Shown: piece after piece, positions 34,745-45,997 of the stretch | Position numbering within the stretch: position 1 is the stretch's first letter | Layout of the letters: each line of letters begins with the position of its first letter | NCBI GenBank assembly: GCA_038087875.1 | Contig: JAXLNO010005421.1 | Location: forward strand, 1 to 47,939 | Length of the DNA: 47,939 nucleotides | Origin: Malacoraja senta | Lineage: Eukaryota | Reading direction: 5' to 3' | The notes under the pieces: model-generated | Told to the model about the DNA's origin: nothing | What the model saw: only the letters and a program-made list of their open reading frames with translations | Databases searched by the model: none | Program-made: the position numbers and the translations under genes

Positions 34745-35590
34745 TGTATTTGATATTTTTTCCATCCTGTGAGAAAAGATTCTGATTGTCTATCCTATCT
34801 ATGCTTCTCATAACTTTATTTACTTCTCTCTTTGGTCTCCCTGCAACCTCCTGTGTTCCAGAGAAAACAATCCAGGTCTGTCCAACCGCTCCCTGGAGCT
34901 AATATCCCCTAATCCAGGCATCATTCTGATCAATCTCCTCTGTACCCTTTCCAAAGTTTCCACATCCTTCCTGTGTTGAGACAAACAGAATTGCACACAA
35001 TACTCCAGATGTGGCCTCAATAAAGTTCTAATAAAGCTTTCTGGCTTCTTGTATTCAATGCCCTGACCTATGAATGAAATAAAGCATATCATATTCCTTC
35101 TTTACCACTCTATCAACTTGTGTTGCCATTTCCAGGGAGTTATGGACTTAGACCCTAAGATCCCTTTGTACATCAATGTTGTTCAGGGTCATGCTGTTTA
35201 TCGTATATTTTCATTTTGCATTTGACCTCCCGTGGTCAGATTAAACTTCATAAGCCATTTCTTTATCCATTTCTGTAGCTGATTTATATCCCGCTGTTTA
35301 CTTCACATCCTTTCTCGCAGTCCGTGACCCCAGCATTCTTGGTGTAATCTGCAAATTTACTAATCAACCCGTCTACATTGATGTCCAAGTAATTGCTATA
35401 TATCACAAACAGCAGAGGTCGCAGCACCTGAATCCCTGCAGAACTCGCCAGGCACAGACCTCCAGCCCGAATATTGTCCTTCACCACAACGCTGTTTTCT
35501 ATTAATAAGCAAGTTCCAAATCCATATGATCAAGTCACGTACCCATGATCTTTAGTCTTCTGGTTCCTCCTATCATGGGGCACTTTATTA
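34745..35590 (-). mobile_element. Older CR1 RT fragment
   Basis: LRPHLEYCVQF, ISKFADYTK and VLRPLLFVIY on the minus strand. Confidence 0.8.
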
Positions 35591-35754
35591 CCCCTCACTA
35601 TGTCTAACTCCACCAATTTTATGTGTCATTTGCAGTTTTACTCAAGTTATTTAGGTTCCAGCATTGATCCCAGTGGTGAACCACTTGTTACAGACTTCAG
35701 TTTAAAATACTCATCCACCACTGCTTCTTATCACCAGGCCAAGTTTTGAAACAG

Positions 35755-36475
35755 TGGGTGAGGCAGCATCTATGGAGAGAAGGAATGGGTGACGTTTCGC
35801 GTCGAGACCCTTCTTCAGACTGATGTCGGGGGTGGAACAAAGATAGAAAGTAGGCAGAGTTAGTAGGAGAACTGGGAAGGGGTAGGGGAAGGAGAGAGAA
35901 AGCAAGGGCTATCTGAAGTTAGAGATGTCAACGTTCATACCTCTGTGGTGTAAACTACTCAAGCGAAATATGAGGTGCTGTTCCTTCAATTTCCGCTGGG
36001 CCTTACTCTGATAATGGAGAAGGCCCAAGACGGAAAGGTTAGATTGGGAATGGGAGGGGGAGTTGAAGTGCTAAGCAACCAGGAGATCAGGTGGGTTACG
36101 ACAGACTGAGCGGAGGTGTTCAGCGAAGCGATCACAGAGCCTGCGTTTGGGTCTCGCCGATGTAGAGTAGTTGACACCTAGAAGAATGAATACATTAGAT
36201 GAGGTTGGAGGAGGTGCAAGTGAACCTTTGCCTCACCTGGAAAGACAGTTTGGGTGCTTGGATGGAGTCGAGGGAGGAGTTAAAGAGACAGGTGTTGCGT
36301 TTCTTGTGGTTGCAGGGGAAAATACCTGGGGAGGGGGTGGTTTGGGTGGAAAGGGATGAATTGTCCAGGGAGTTATGGAGGGAATGGTCTCTGCGGAAAG
36401 CAGAAAGGGTGGAGATGGGAAGATGTGGCCAGTAGTAGGATCCCGTTGGAGGTGGCGAAATGTCGGAGGATTATA
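35755..36475 (-). mobile_element. Penelope-like element 3' part (GIY-YIG endonuclease remnant and pLTR)
   Basis: FQVRQRFTCTSSNLI*CIHSSRCQLLYIGET..RLCDRFAEHLRSV; tail CTGAAGAAGGGTCTCGACGCGAAACGTC. Confidence 0.85.
35787..35820 (-). ncRNA. Minimal type-I hammerhead-ribozyme-like motif (PLE)
   Basis: CUGAAGA-stem II-GAAAC-GUC; stem II has one mismatch and stem I is weak. Confidence 0.45.
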
Positions 36476-36638
36476 TGGTTACAAATGGAATGGCCATTGG
36501 TGTGAAATAAATGGAAAAGGCGAACCACATGTTCTTGGAAGGGTGTACATACATCCCAATTCACCGTCCAGTGGGAGCTACTGGATGAGGCAGCCAATAT
36601 CCTTTCATAAATTGAAACTTACAAACAATTCTTCAGAC

Positions 36639-36800
36639 CAGGGGTCTCCAAACTATGGCATGCGGGCCACATTCGGCCCGCCACAAGATTTTATACGTCC
36701 CACAGCAAGCTCGGCGCAGGACAGAGCGTGTGTCAGTTGGGCGTCGAGGCAATTCGAGTCTGGGAGCACGGTGGCCCGGAGCTGCTCTTAGTGTTGTAAC
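36639..36800. mobile_element. hAT left terminus fragment
   Basis: CAGGGGTCTCCAAACTATGGCATGCGGGCCACATTCGGCCCG. Confidence 0.6.
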
Positions 36801-36839
36801 CGTGTAGGTCCCTTGAATTGTCAGAGCCGAGACATCACA

Positions 36840-37292
36840 GGGCCGCCGTGAAGGGTGCAAAGGGTCCCACTTGGTCTAATGTATATATATCTATATCTAT
36901 CTATTAACTATCTTATAACTATAAATATCTTATAACTAGGAAAACTCTGATCTTGGATGTGTCTGTGTATAATTATACTGCCCGAAAAAACGACACTCTA
37001 ACGGTAAATTTTTAACATATTCCTGTTCTATCTCGTGCATTCAAAAATCAGCTTCCTTGAAAATTTAGAGCTTTTTCTTGAGTTATTTATGAAAATGTTC
37101 CCAAATCTGAAATATCTTTGAAAATAAACGAGCTGATGACGTCACAATGGGTCTGCATCGCGCTGCCTGCGCTATGTTCCATACACTGCGAGTGGCGTTA
37201 CCCCCCCCGTACCCAGAGCCTGCAGCTGGGTGCATTGCGTTCTTGATTGAAGCAGCTGAACACGCAGTCCTTTGGTTGACCCGCGTCCCGCT
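36840..37292 (+). mobile_element. Helitron-like 3' end (to 36879) followed by a Helitron-like 5' end
   Basis: GGGTCCCACTTGGTCTAA|T (CTRR terminus), then TCTATATC...AACT..AAAACTCTGATCTTG, similar to the start at ~46000. Confidence 0.45.
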
Positions 37293-37772
37293 CGGGGTTC
37301 TCACAACTTTTTTTCGCTTTTGCTAGCCGGGCAACCTAGGCAGCTTTTTAGGTTGCTGAATTACAGTTTAGGTAGTCATTTAAGACAGCTTGCATGCGAT
37401 AATGCGCTCGGACGAAGAGCGTAGTTACCAGTCCTAATTATGCTCAATGAAGCATTTACATATTATTTCTGCTTCAAATAGAGTCACAAACTAAACATAT
37501 TCACCAATCAAGACATGATATATCCAATAACATGCAGCAAAATTATAATACAGTATCTCAACTCTTTTTACACGTTGCAATGAATACAATTTCTATTATT
37601 TCTTTCAACTTCCAAACAAAAATGTGGTTAGATTATTCAGTGTATGATCAACCTGTGTCAATAAATCCTGGACCATGGTAACACGTATGCTTAACCATGC
37701 ACATTACAGATTGAAGCAAGCATGTTTTCTGTGAAGAACCGAAAATTATTATGACATGGCCATAGCATGGGT
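37293..37772. mobile_element. hAT5-like element, truncated copy 3
   Basis: Aligns to 31788-32285. Confidence 0.85.
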
Positions 37773-38035
37773 CTTTCACTCTTGAATCTTCAATCATCAA
37801 TCTGTTATGCCCAGTCACAGCAAGGTAAGTTGATAAAGAATTGAATCGATCTGTTTGACACCTTTGAAGGTAGACACTGTAACAACATCAAGAGGGGAAA
37901 AATAGATGCATAATATATCCCTTCTGCTCTAGGATTTTGTAATTAAAAACAAATAAAGAGAATGGAAGTCTATACTGTGTAATTATTTCCTGACCAGACC
38001 TATACCATACTTTTGAATGTACATAGTACCTCTCA

Positions 38036-38367
38036 AGGGCCTGTCCCACTGTACGAGGTTATTCAAGAGTTCTCCCGAGTTCTCCCCTGATTCGAGCTCG
38101 TGTAATGTACGTAGAGGGTATGTAGGAGCTCGTGGATGTCACGTAGCGGCTCGTACGAGTAACGGTAGGTAATTGGGAAATCCGGTAAACTCGTGACGTT
38201 TTTAGCACTGTGAAAAATGTCCACGAGTAAAAAAATACTCGTGATGAAAAACATTGTTACTTTTTATTCGTACGAGCCCCTACGTACCCGCTACGTACAT
38301 TACACGAGCTCGAATCGGGAGAACTCGGGAGAACCCTTGAATTACCTCGTACAGTGGGACAGGCTCT
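38036..38367. mobile_element. PIF/Harbinger MITE
   Basis: Long TIRs AGGGCCTGTCCCACTGTACGAGG / CCTCGTACAGTGGGACAGGCTCT; flanks TCA / TTA. Confidence 0.85.
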
Positions 38368-38625
38368 TTACTCTGTGCCCACTAAGAAGATGAGTCATGG
38401 AAGTAGGTGACTATATTGAATCAATCATGGCACTTGGCAAGTGAGATTGCTCAGAAGGGCAATAATAATGCCTGAAGTGTTTTTTTTTCGGGGGGGGAGG
38501 GGATATCAACTTTAAATGAACAGCAACATTATATTTGTGAGAACTTGTGTAACTTTTCTGCTTGATATTTAAACCATCTCCTGAAAAGCAAAGACAGAGC
38601 TCTGCAAATACATCTAAAAGTCACT

Positions 38626-38994
38626 TTAATTGTCATCTGAGTCGCTCTCGAGCAGAGCATCCTCCTCATCAGACTTGTCACTGTCAGGATGAGGTCCCGA
38701 GGCAGATGCTGCAGCTGGGTCTTTTCCCATGTCAGGCCTCCTTGCCCTCATCCCTTCTGCATGCCACAAGCTGTTGGCTGGCAAGGGATCAAAGTCCTTG
38801 ATGTTGCTGGCATGCAGAATGATGAGGAGCTGGTCTGTCACATGGTCATCCTGGAGAGAACTTCTGATGGTGGTCTTCAGCCTGCTGAAGCCTCGCTCAG
38901 CCTCAGCTGAACTTGGCGGTATGATAAGGACGAGGTCAAGGAGAGTGCAGATGTTGGGTAGCTCGTCTGTGCTGTGGGACTCCAGGAACACCAT
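38626..38994 (-). pseudogene. hAT transposase C-terminal dimerisation domain (ZNF862-like)
   Basis: PNICTLLDLVLIIPPSSAEAERGFSRLK..RSSL..FDPLPA..W plus acidic tail. Confidence 0.8.
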
Positions 38995-41855
38995 GCTGTA
39001 TCACAACAACCCTTTCAGCAACATGGCTGTTCATTGGCACTACACTGGAGCATTAGGGGAGCTTCAATGCCCAAATTTCAGGGTGGGGTTCTGATGAAAA
39101 AGTGGGGGAGGATTGGTAAGCAAGAGACAGAGACACAGAGAGAGACAGAAAGAGCAGAGGCAGAGACGGAGATAGACAGAGATGGAGCAGACATATAGAA
39201 AGACAGAGACAGGTACATGGATAGGACAGGTTTGGAGGGATATGGACCAAAAGCGGGCAGATGGCTTTGCAGTTTCTCTCCCTCTTCCGTGGGGTGAGGG
39301 ATTTAAGGGCCTGTCCCACTTGGGCGACATTTTCAGCGACAGCCTGAAAAGTGGTTGTCGCGTCGTGATGTCTTGGTAATGTACTATATGTAATGTAATG
39401 TTATAGTGTAAATGCCAGTTCCCCTTGATGCCAAAAGCAGAAGCTGGCAAATGTACCTGTGCCTTGTAACTGAGGCCAAGTGACCTTCTGGAAGTTTCAG
39501 TCATTGCAGATTAAACTTATCTTACTCGATGGCGGACGTGTTTCTTTGTGCTAGTCACAACAGGGCCTGACAGAGAACATTACATGGTCTCAAACGTTAC
39601 CTGGTGACAAAGTTAAAAAAAGAATATAGAGGCACTCAAGCCTCCATGCAAAGAAAAGTAAAAGGAAAAGAAAGGTCAACTTACCTGGAACGTTGTCAAG
39701 GGCTGTACAGCCGCCATCGACGTCGGGTGCGGGCCTAGTACCATGTAGGCCACGGACAGGTCCGGAAAACAGAGTCAGCCCGGCCGGGAGCAGAGTCAGC
39801 CCGGTCGTGATAGAAAGCCCCGTCGCAAGAGAGGGCTGTGAGAGTAAAAAAGCCGGCTGCGTGAGAGAAGCGGACCGGCAGAGTAAAAAAAAAAAAAAAG
39901 CCGCCCGTGTGAGTGAAGCGGACCGGCTGAGTTTAAAAAATAAATAAATTAATAAACAAACCAAAAAAAAGGCCGCGCGAGAGAAGCGGACCGGCCGAGG
40001 GAAAAAAGCCCGGCCGCGAGAGACAGCCGCGAGCGGACCGGCCGGGTTAGAAAAGCCCGGAAGAAGAGGGTCTGACCGCGAGAGAGAGACACGGACCAGG
40101 CCCCGCGAGAGAAACAGGGCACAGCGCTTACCCGGCCCCGACGACGGGGCGCGGTCTCGATGAGCCGAGCAGCGGGACCAGCAGCAGAGATGAGCCGGAG
40201 AGTCAGCGACGAGCCCAGCAGCAGAGACGAGCCGGAGAGTCAGCGACGAGCCTAGCAGCAGCCAAGTGAGCCGGACAGCCAGCGCCGAGCCGAGCAGCGG
40301 TGCCTAGCAGCAGCCAGGTGGGCTGGAGAGCCAGTGACGAGCCGAGCAGCGGGACCAGCAGCAGAGACGAGCGGTGCAGCCAGGTGGGCTGTGGAGACGG
40401 CAACGGGCGGTGCACCGGGAGACGAAGAGAAGGTAGCCGTCCCAGAGGGAGTAATGGCCGCCACCATGTTCGAGAGCACGCAGCACGACCCGAGGAAAAA
40501 TTTAAATATTTTGTTCTTTTCTATTGATATACCAGGGCTCGAAATTAGCGGTTGCCTGGGTGCCATTTACCACCCAAAGTACCGCCGAGCAACCTAAACG
40601 CCGAGTCATTTTGCCCGACTTGGCAAGCAGATACTGGTTTATACCGATAGACACAAAAAACTGGAGTAACTCCGGGGGTCAGGCAGCATCTCTGGAGAAT
40701 AGGAACGTGACGTTTCGTGTCGGCGGCAGCTGTATTGCGAGGCAAAGATACTAGGTGTGTCGTGACGAAGGGTCAGCGAATGACGGGCCCCGAACAGCGG
40801 CAACAGCGGCCACGACAGCGGCTCCACCGCCTCCTCCTCCCGCACCCCGCCCGGCGGAAGGAGGCCTCCCTCTCCCTCTCTCCCTTGCTCCCTCCCGGCC
40901 TCGGCTTGCGAGAGGGGTTGTTTTGAAAGCAGCCTTGGTGGATTTGCACGCAGCGCCCGCTATCGCCTTGATAGCGGCCGCTGCTTGCAAATCAGCCAAC
41001 GGCGCTTTCAAAACAACCCCTCTCGCACGCCGAGGCCGGGAGGGAGAGGGAGGGAGGTCTCCTTCCGTTGTCTGAAGCAGCTGCACCAAAGATCCTGTAG
41101 CTATAGGATCTTTGAGCTGCATCGCTCGGCCCCGCACCTTCCTGTCGGCTGGGGGAGGAGGGGAGGCGGTGGCAAGGAGATCCCAACCGCCTCCCCCTTT
41201 GGCGGCGCACTTTGGTGTTGGACAGGGACGGCCAAGGCAGTGTGGTGATGTTGTCCGAGGAGCGCTGACCTTCCTTCCTCCCCATCTCCTCTCTCTCTCC
41301 CTCTCCCTCCCCCCCCTTATCCTGGGATCCCTCCTCTCCATCCCGCACTGATTCCCATTCCCTCCTCTATTCAGTCCTCACTGACATCCCCTGTGCTCCC
41401 CTCCCCATCTACCCCCCCCCAATCTATTCATCATCCTACCCACCTCGCATTGATTCTCCTGCCACCCCCCCCCCCCAATCCATCCTACACTGGTCCCCCA
41501 ATTCATCCTGTACTGACCCCCCTTCCCATCCATCATGCACTTCTCCCCCCCATTCATACTGCACTAAGCCACCCATTCATCCCGTACTGACCCACCCTCC
41601 ATTTACCCTGCACCAATCCACCCATCCATCCTATAGTGATCTTCCCATTCATCTTTTACTGATCCCCCATTCATCCTGTACTGATCCCCTCATGCATCCT
41701 GTGCTGATCCCCTTATTCATCCTGTAGTAATCCCCCATTCATCCTGCACAGACCCTCCGATCCACACTGTCCTGACCCCCCCCATTCATCCTGTGCTGAC
41801 CCCCCCACCCCCATCCTGTACTGATCCCCCCCATGCAAGATGAATGGGGGGAACA

Positions 41856-41888
41856 GTCTGAAGAAGGGCCTCGACCCGAAACGTTGCC
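41856..41888 (+). ncRNA. Hammerhead-like PLE motif carried inside the hAT5-like element
   Basis: GTCTGAAGAAGGGCCTCGACCCGAAACGTTGCC; counterpart at 32953-32985 (minus strand). Confidence 0.4.
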
Positions 41889-42825
41889 TATTTCCTTCGC
41901 TCCATAGATGCTGCCTCACCCGCTGATTTTCTCCAGCATTTTTGTCTACCCCCTTTCATCCTGTACTGATCCCCCCCATTCAACCTGTACTGATCCCCCC
42001 CATCCATCCCGTACTGATCCCCCCCCATTCAACATCACTGACATCCCCCGTGCTCTCCCCTAACAATTTTACATACTCCAACCAACACGTACTAATTCAC
42101 CTGCCTAAATCCATCCATTCCGCACCGATTGCCTTCTCAACCCCTCCCGCCATCTATCCACCCCGCACTGATTCACACACCCCCTGACCCTATTGTGCTT
42201 CATGGTCTTCAGAGCGAACATTGACTATGTTTGATAACGGAATGCAATTAAATGTGTTTTAATTCCCAATGTTATTATTTGTTTTGACACCTTTAAACAT
42301 ATTACCAAAAGAACATTTGCTGCAGTTATGTCCTTTGGCCATCTCTTGTCAGTTAGTGTAATGTTTAACCTGTCAGATGGGTATAGTCGGTTTTAAAAGC
42401 TATTATCATAAAATGCCTTTAGAAATTTCCTTGCAACCTGTATATTTTGTTATGGATAAATTATGTGGGAAGCCAGAGTGTTTCTGTGCAAATAGCAATA
42501 ACGACCCATGCTATGGCCATGTCATGGTAATGTTCGGTCCTTCACAGAAAACATGCTTGCATCAATCTGTAGTGTGCATGGTTAAGCATATATGTTACCA
42601 TGGTCCAGGATTTATTGACACAGGTTGATCATATGCTGAATAATCCAACCACATTTTTGTTTGGAAGTGGAAAGAACTAATAGAAATTGCATTAATTGCA
42701 ATGTGTAAAAAGAGTTGAGATATTGTATTATAATTTTGCTGCATGTCATTGTGGTATATATCATGTCTTGATTGGTGAATATGTTTAGTTTGTGAGTTAT
42801 TTGAAGCAGAAATAATATGTGAATG

Positions 42826-43042
42826 TAGACAAAAGTGCTGGAGAAACTCAGCGGATGCGGCAGCATCTATGGAGCGAAGGAAATAGGCAACGTTTTGGGC
42901 CGAAACCCTTCTTCAGACTGATGGGTTTCGGCCTGAAACGTTGCCTATTTTCTTCGGTCCCTAGATGCTGCTGCACCCGCTGAGTTTCTCCGGCATTTTT
43001 GACTACCTTCGATTTTCCAGCATCTGCAGTTCCTTCTTGAAC
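42826..43042. mobile_element. Short Penelope pLTR insertion with inverted arm
   Basis: Inverted arms around 42910-42922; TSD ATAATATGTGAATG (42812-42825 / 43043-43056); absent from copies 1 and 3. Confidence 0.8.
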
Positions 43043-44552
43043 ATAATATGTGAATGCTTCATTGAGCATAATTCCGACTGGTAACTACGCACTTCGTCCG
43101 AGCACATTATCGCACGCGTCATGCAAACCGTCTTAAATGACCACCTAAACTGTCATTTGGCAACCTAAAAAGCTGTCAAGGTTGCCCGGCTGGCAACAGG
43201 GAAAAAAAGTTAAGTGAGAGCCCTGTATACAAGGTACTGTTGTAATAAAGGATCATTTCTTCCATAAGTGAAGCATGTGGTGGTGAATGGGCATGTTTTC
43301 ATACATTTGAGGGCATAATATTAATGCAGAATTGTGTTTTCTTATCTTGGAGAAGTCAGTGTTTGTCTGTACAAGAGATTGCCGCAGTTTTTTTTTCTCT
43401 CAGCGAGGCTAAACTTAGTTTTGTGTCTGTTTTTTGTCATTCAACAGTTTCAATAAATACTTTTTTATATACAAAAGAAATTGAAAGAATGCAAATAGTT
43501 TGTATTGACTGTTAGTATTGACTGTCTACGTTTTTTTTGTTTGAAGGGAGAGTAAGTTCAGGATAGAGACGTCTAGTCCAGGATAGAGCCCTGTAGCCCA
43601 GGATAGAGACCTGCAGCCCAGGATAGAGCCCTATAGCCCTGGATAGACGCCTGTATACATGTGGACCCCTGTGTAGCCGTGGAAAGACCCCTATATAGCC
43701 GTGGATGGACCACCTGTAGCCAGACGCCCAGATGGGAGAAACCTGGACAGAGGAGCCAGTCTCCCAGAAGCCAGAAGTAGTCTCCCAGAGTGTCTTTAAG
43801 AGTGTGAGAAACCTAGACAGAGGAGCCAGTCTCCCAGGGGTGAGAAACCTGGACAGAGGAGCCAGTCTGCCAGAAGCCAGAAATAGACCCCAGAAGACAC
43901 GATGCGCCGAGATGCAGCGAGAGGCAGGAGCCAGACTCCCAGTCACAGCAAAAGGCAATGAGGCAGGCCCTTTGTTTCTAGAGTTTGAGGGTAAAGTGGA
44001 TATTAGGGGGAGATGAGATGCAATTAAAGTGAAGGGGGAGATGTGATGTCTTTAAAGTGAAGGGGGAGATGTGATGTCTTTGTAAAGTACTATATGTAAT
44101 ATATAATGTAAATGCCAGTGCCCCTTGAGGCCAACAGAGAAGCTGGCAAATGTAATTAAAGTGAAGGGGGAGATGTGATGTCTTGGTAATGTAATATATG
44201 TAATGTAATATATAGTGTAAATGCCAGTGCCCCATGAGGCCAAAAGCAGAAGCTGGCAAATGTACCTGTGCCCCGTGACTGAGGTCAAGTGACCTTCTGG
44301 AAGTTTCAGTCATTGCAGATTAAACTTATCTTACTCGATGGTGGACATGTTTCTTTGTGCTAGTCACAACAGGGCCTGGTCTCAAACATTACAGTCGGGA
44401 TGTGACGCATGGTGACACATGTGGTGTCGCGAGGGTGAGGCGCGTGTCTCAGGATTTTAGAATGTTAAAAATCCAGGGGCGACATTTGGGTGTCTCATCA
44501 TGTCGTGCGCCCTGTCACACGCTGACATATGCTGTCCTGCGGGTGACGCCCG

Positions 44553-45978
44553 GTTAGGGTTAGGGTTGGGGTTGGGGACCACAGATGGGCTGTAAAATAT
44601 TCTTCCTTCAATGCATGGATTTTAAACATTAATATATTTAAATTAATACAATAAAATCATTTGTGCAAATGAAAAGATGCCTGAATCGTTCAGTTTTAGT
44701 TTTTATTGGTCCGCTTCCAGATCCAAAACACCGTCTAATTTTTCACAGGGATGGATTCAGTGAGTGTAGACTGAACTCCCATCTCCCCTCCACCTCCTCT
44801 TCCCCCTCCATCCCTCCTTCTCCACTTCCGACTACCCTTCTCCTTTCCCCTCTCCCCCCTTCTTCCTTTCCCCCCTCGTCGACCTCCCTGCACCACTCTT
44901 CTCCCCTTTTCCACTCCCCCCTCCCCTCACATCCCCTTCTCCCCCTCCCCTCACATCCCCTTCTCCCATTTTCCAAATCCCACTTTCCCTGACGCCCCCC
45001 TCCTTTTGTGGATCCAGTCTGTGGCAGCTAGATCCCATCTAATAATATTGCACAAAGTCTACTCCACATCATCTGTTTTAGTAACATTGACTATGGGATA
45101 AATGCAGACTTTGGGAACAACAACCACCCCATCCGCCCCCTCACCTTGCTTCAAAATGGGTGGTGGGTATTTAGACAGTGGCCGGAGCAGTGGGTGGCAA
45201 CATTGCCTATACCCAGTTGAAAAGCCCGCTGCCTCTGGGGTTTGGAGGGACCATTGGAAGAGAGATCTGCCTCTCGGACAACTCGTGACCAACAGTTTAG
45301 TTCCCATGCAGAATATTGGGGGTTCGGGTCCAACCCCTGGGGCCCCAGTTCAGAGATACAGTGCCGTTCGGCCCACCGAGTCCGCACCGACCAGCGACCC
45401 CTCGCACACTATCCCACACAAGCTAGGGACAATTTATACTTAAATACCAAGCCTATCAACCTAGAGTTAGGGTTAGGGTTACCTCCCGCACTCCAAAGGC
45501 GCACAGGTTTGTATAAATTGTCCCTAGCATGTGTGGGATAGTGTGCGAGGATCGCTGGTCGCAGGCTGGGTCCACAAATGGGGGGCATCGGGGAAAGTGG
45601 GGGGGGAGGTTGGAGAAGGGAGGGAGAGGGGGAGAAGGTGATGTGGGGGGAGTGGAGAAGGGAGGAAGGGGGGAAGGGAACAATGGTGGGGGAGAGGGGA
45701 GAGGAGAAAGGTAGGGGGTAGTGGAGAAGGAGGGATGGGTGGGAGGGGGTGGAGGGGAGAGGGGTGTTCAGTCTACACTAACTGAATCCATCCCTGTGAA
45801 AAGTTAGTCGGTGATTGGATCTGGAAGCGGACCAATACATCTGTAAAACTGAACGACTCAGACATCTTTTCATTTGCACAATTGATTTTATTGTATTAAT
45901 TTTAACATAATGTTTAAAATCCATGCATTGAAGGAAGAATATTTACAGCCCATCTGTGGTCCTTAACCCTATCCCTAA
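44553..45978. repeat. Foldback element with ~450-bp arms and telomere-like termini
   Basis: 44553-45025 is the reverse complement of 45558-45978; ends (TTAGGG)n / (CCCTAA)n-like. Confidence 0.8.
45350..45560. mobile_element. Two oppositely oriented HE1-like SINE 3' fragments
   Basis: GGCCCACCGAGTCCGCACCGACCAGCGA (minus) and AAATTGTCCCTAG...GGATCGCTGGTCG (plus). Confidence 0.7.
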
Positions 45979-45997
45979 CAAGCCCCTATATAAAGAA

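Larger units (their letters stand above)
40533..43225. mobile_element. Non-autonomous hAT5-like element, copy 2, inverted relative to copy 1
   Basis: TIR CAGGGCTC...GAGCCCTG; 5-bp TSD TATAC. Confidence 0.85.
39366..44393 (+). mobile_element. Non-autonomous Gypsy-like LTR retrotransposon (LTRs 39366-39601 and 44174-44393)
   Basis: ~230-bp direct repeats TG..ACATTACA with ATTAAA; TGG after the 5' LTR; PPT AAAGTGAAGGGGGAGA; TSD GTCG; no gag/pol, internal tandem repeats. Confidence 0.75.
39306..45987. mobile_element. Harbinger-type MITE expanded by nested insertions (own sequence ~39306-39365, 44398-44552, ~45978-45987)
   Basis: Left TIR TTA|AGGGCCTGTCCCACTTGGGCGAC; right TIR appears split as GACGCCCG..|..ACAAGCCCCT. 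Confidence 0.55.

Noticed and set aside
38626-38994. Host ZNF862 gene
   Set aside because: Only an isolated transposase C-terminus with an apparent internal deletion; no other exons are seen
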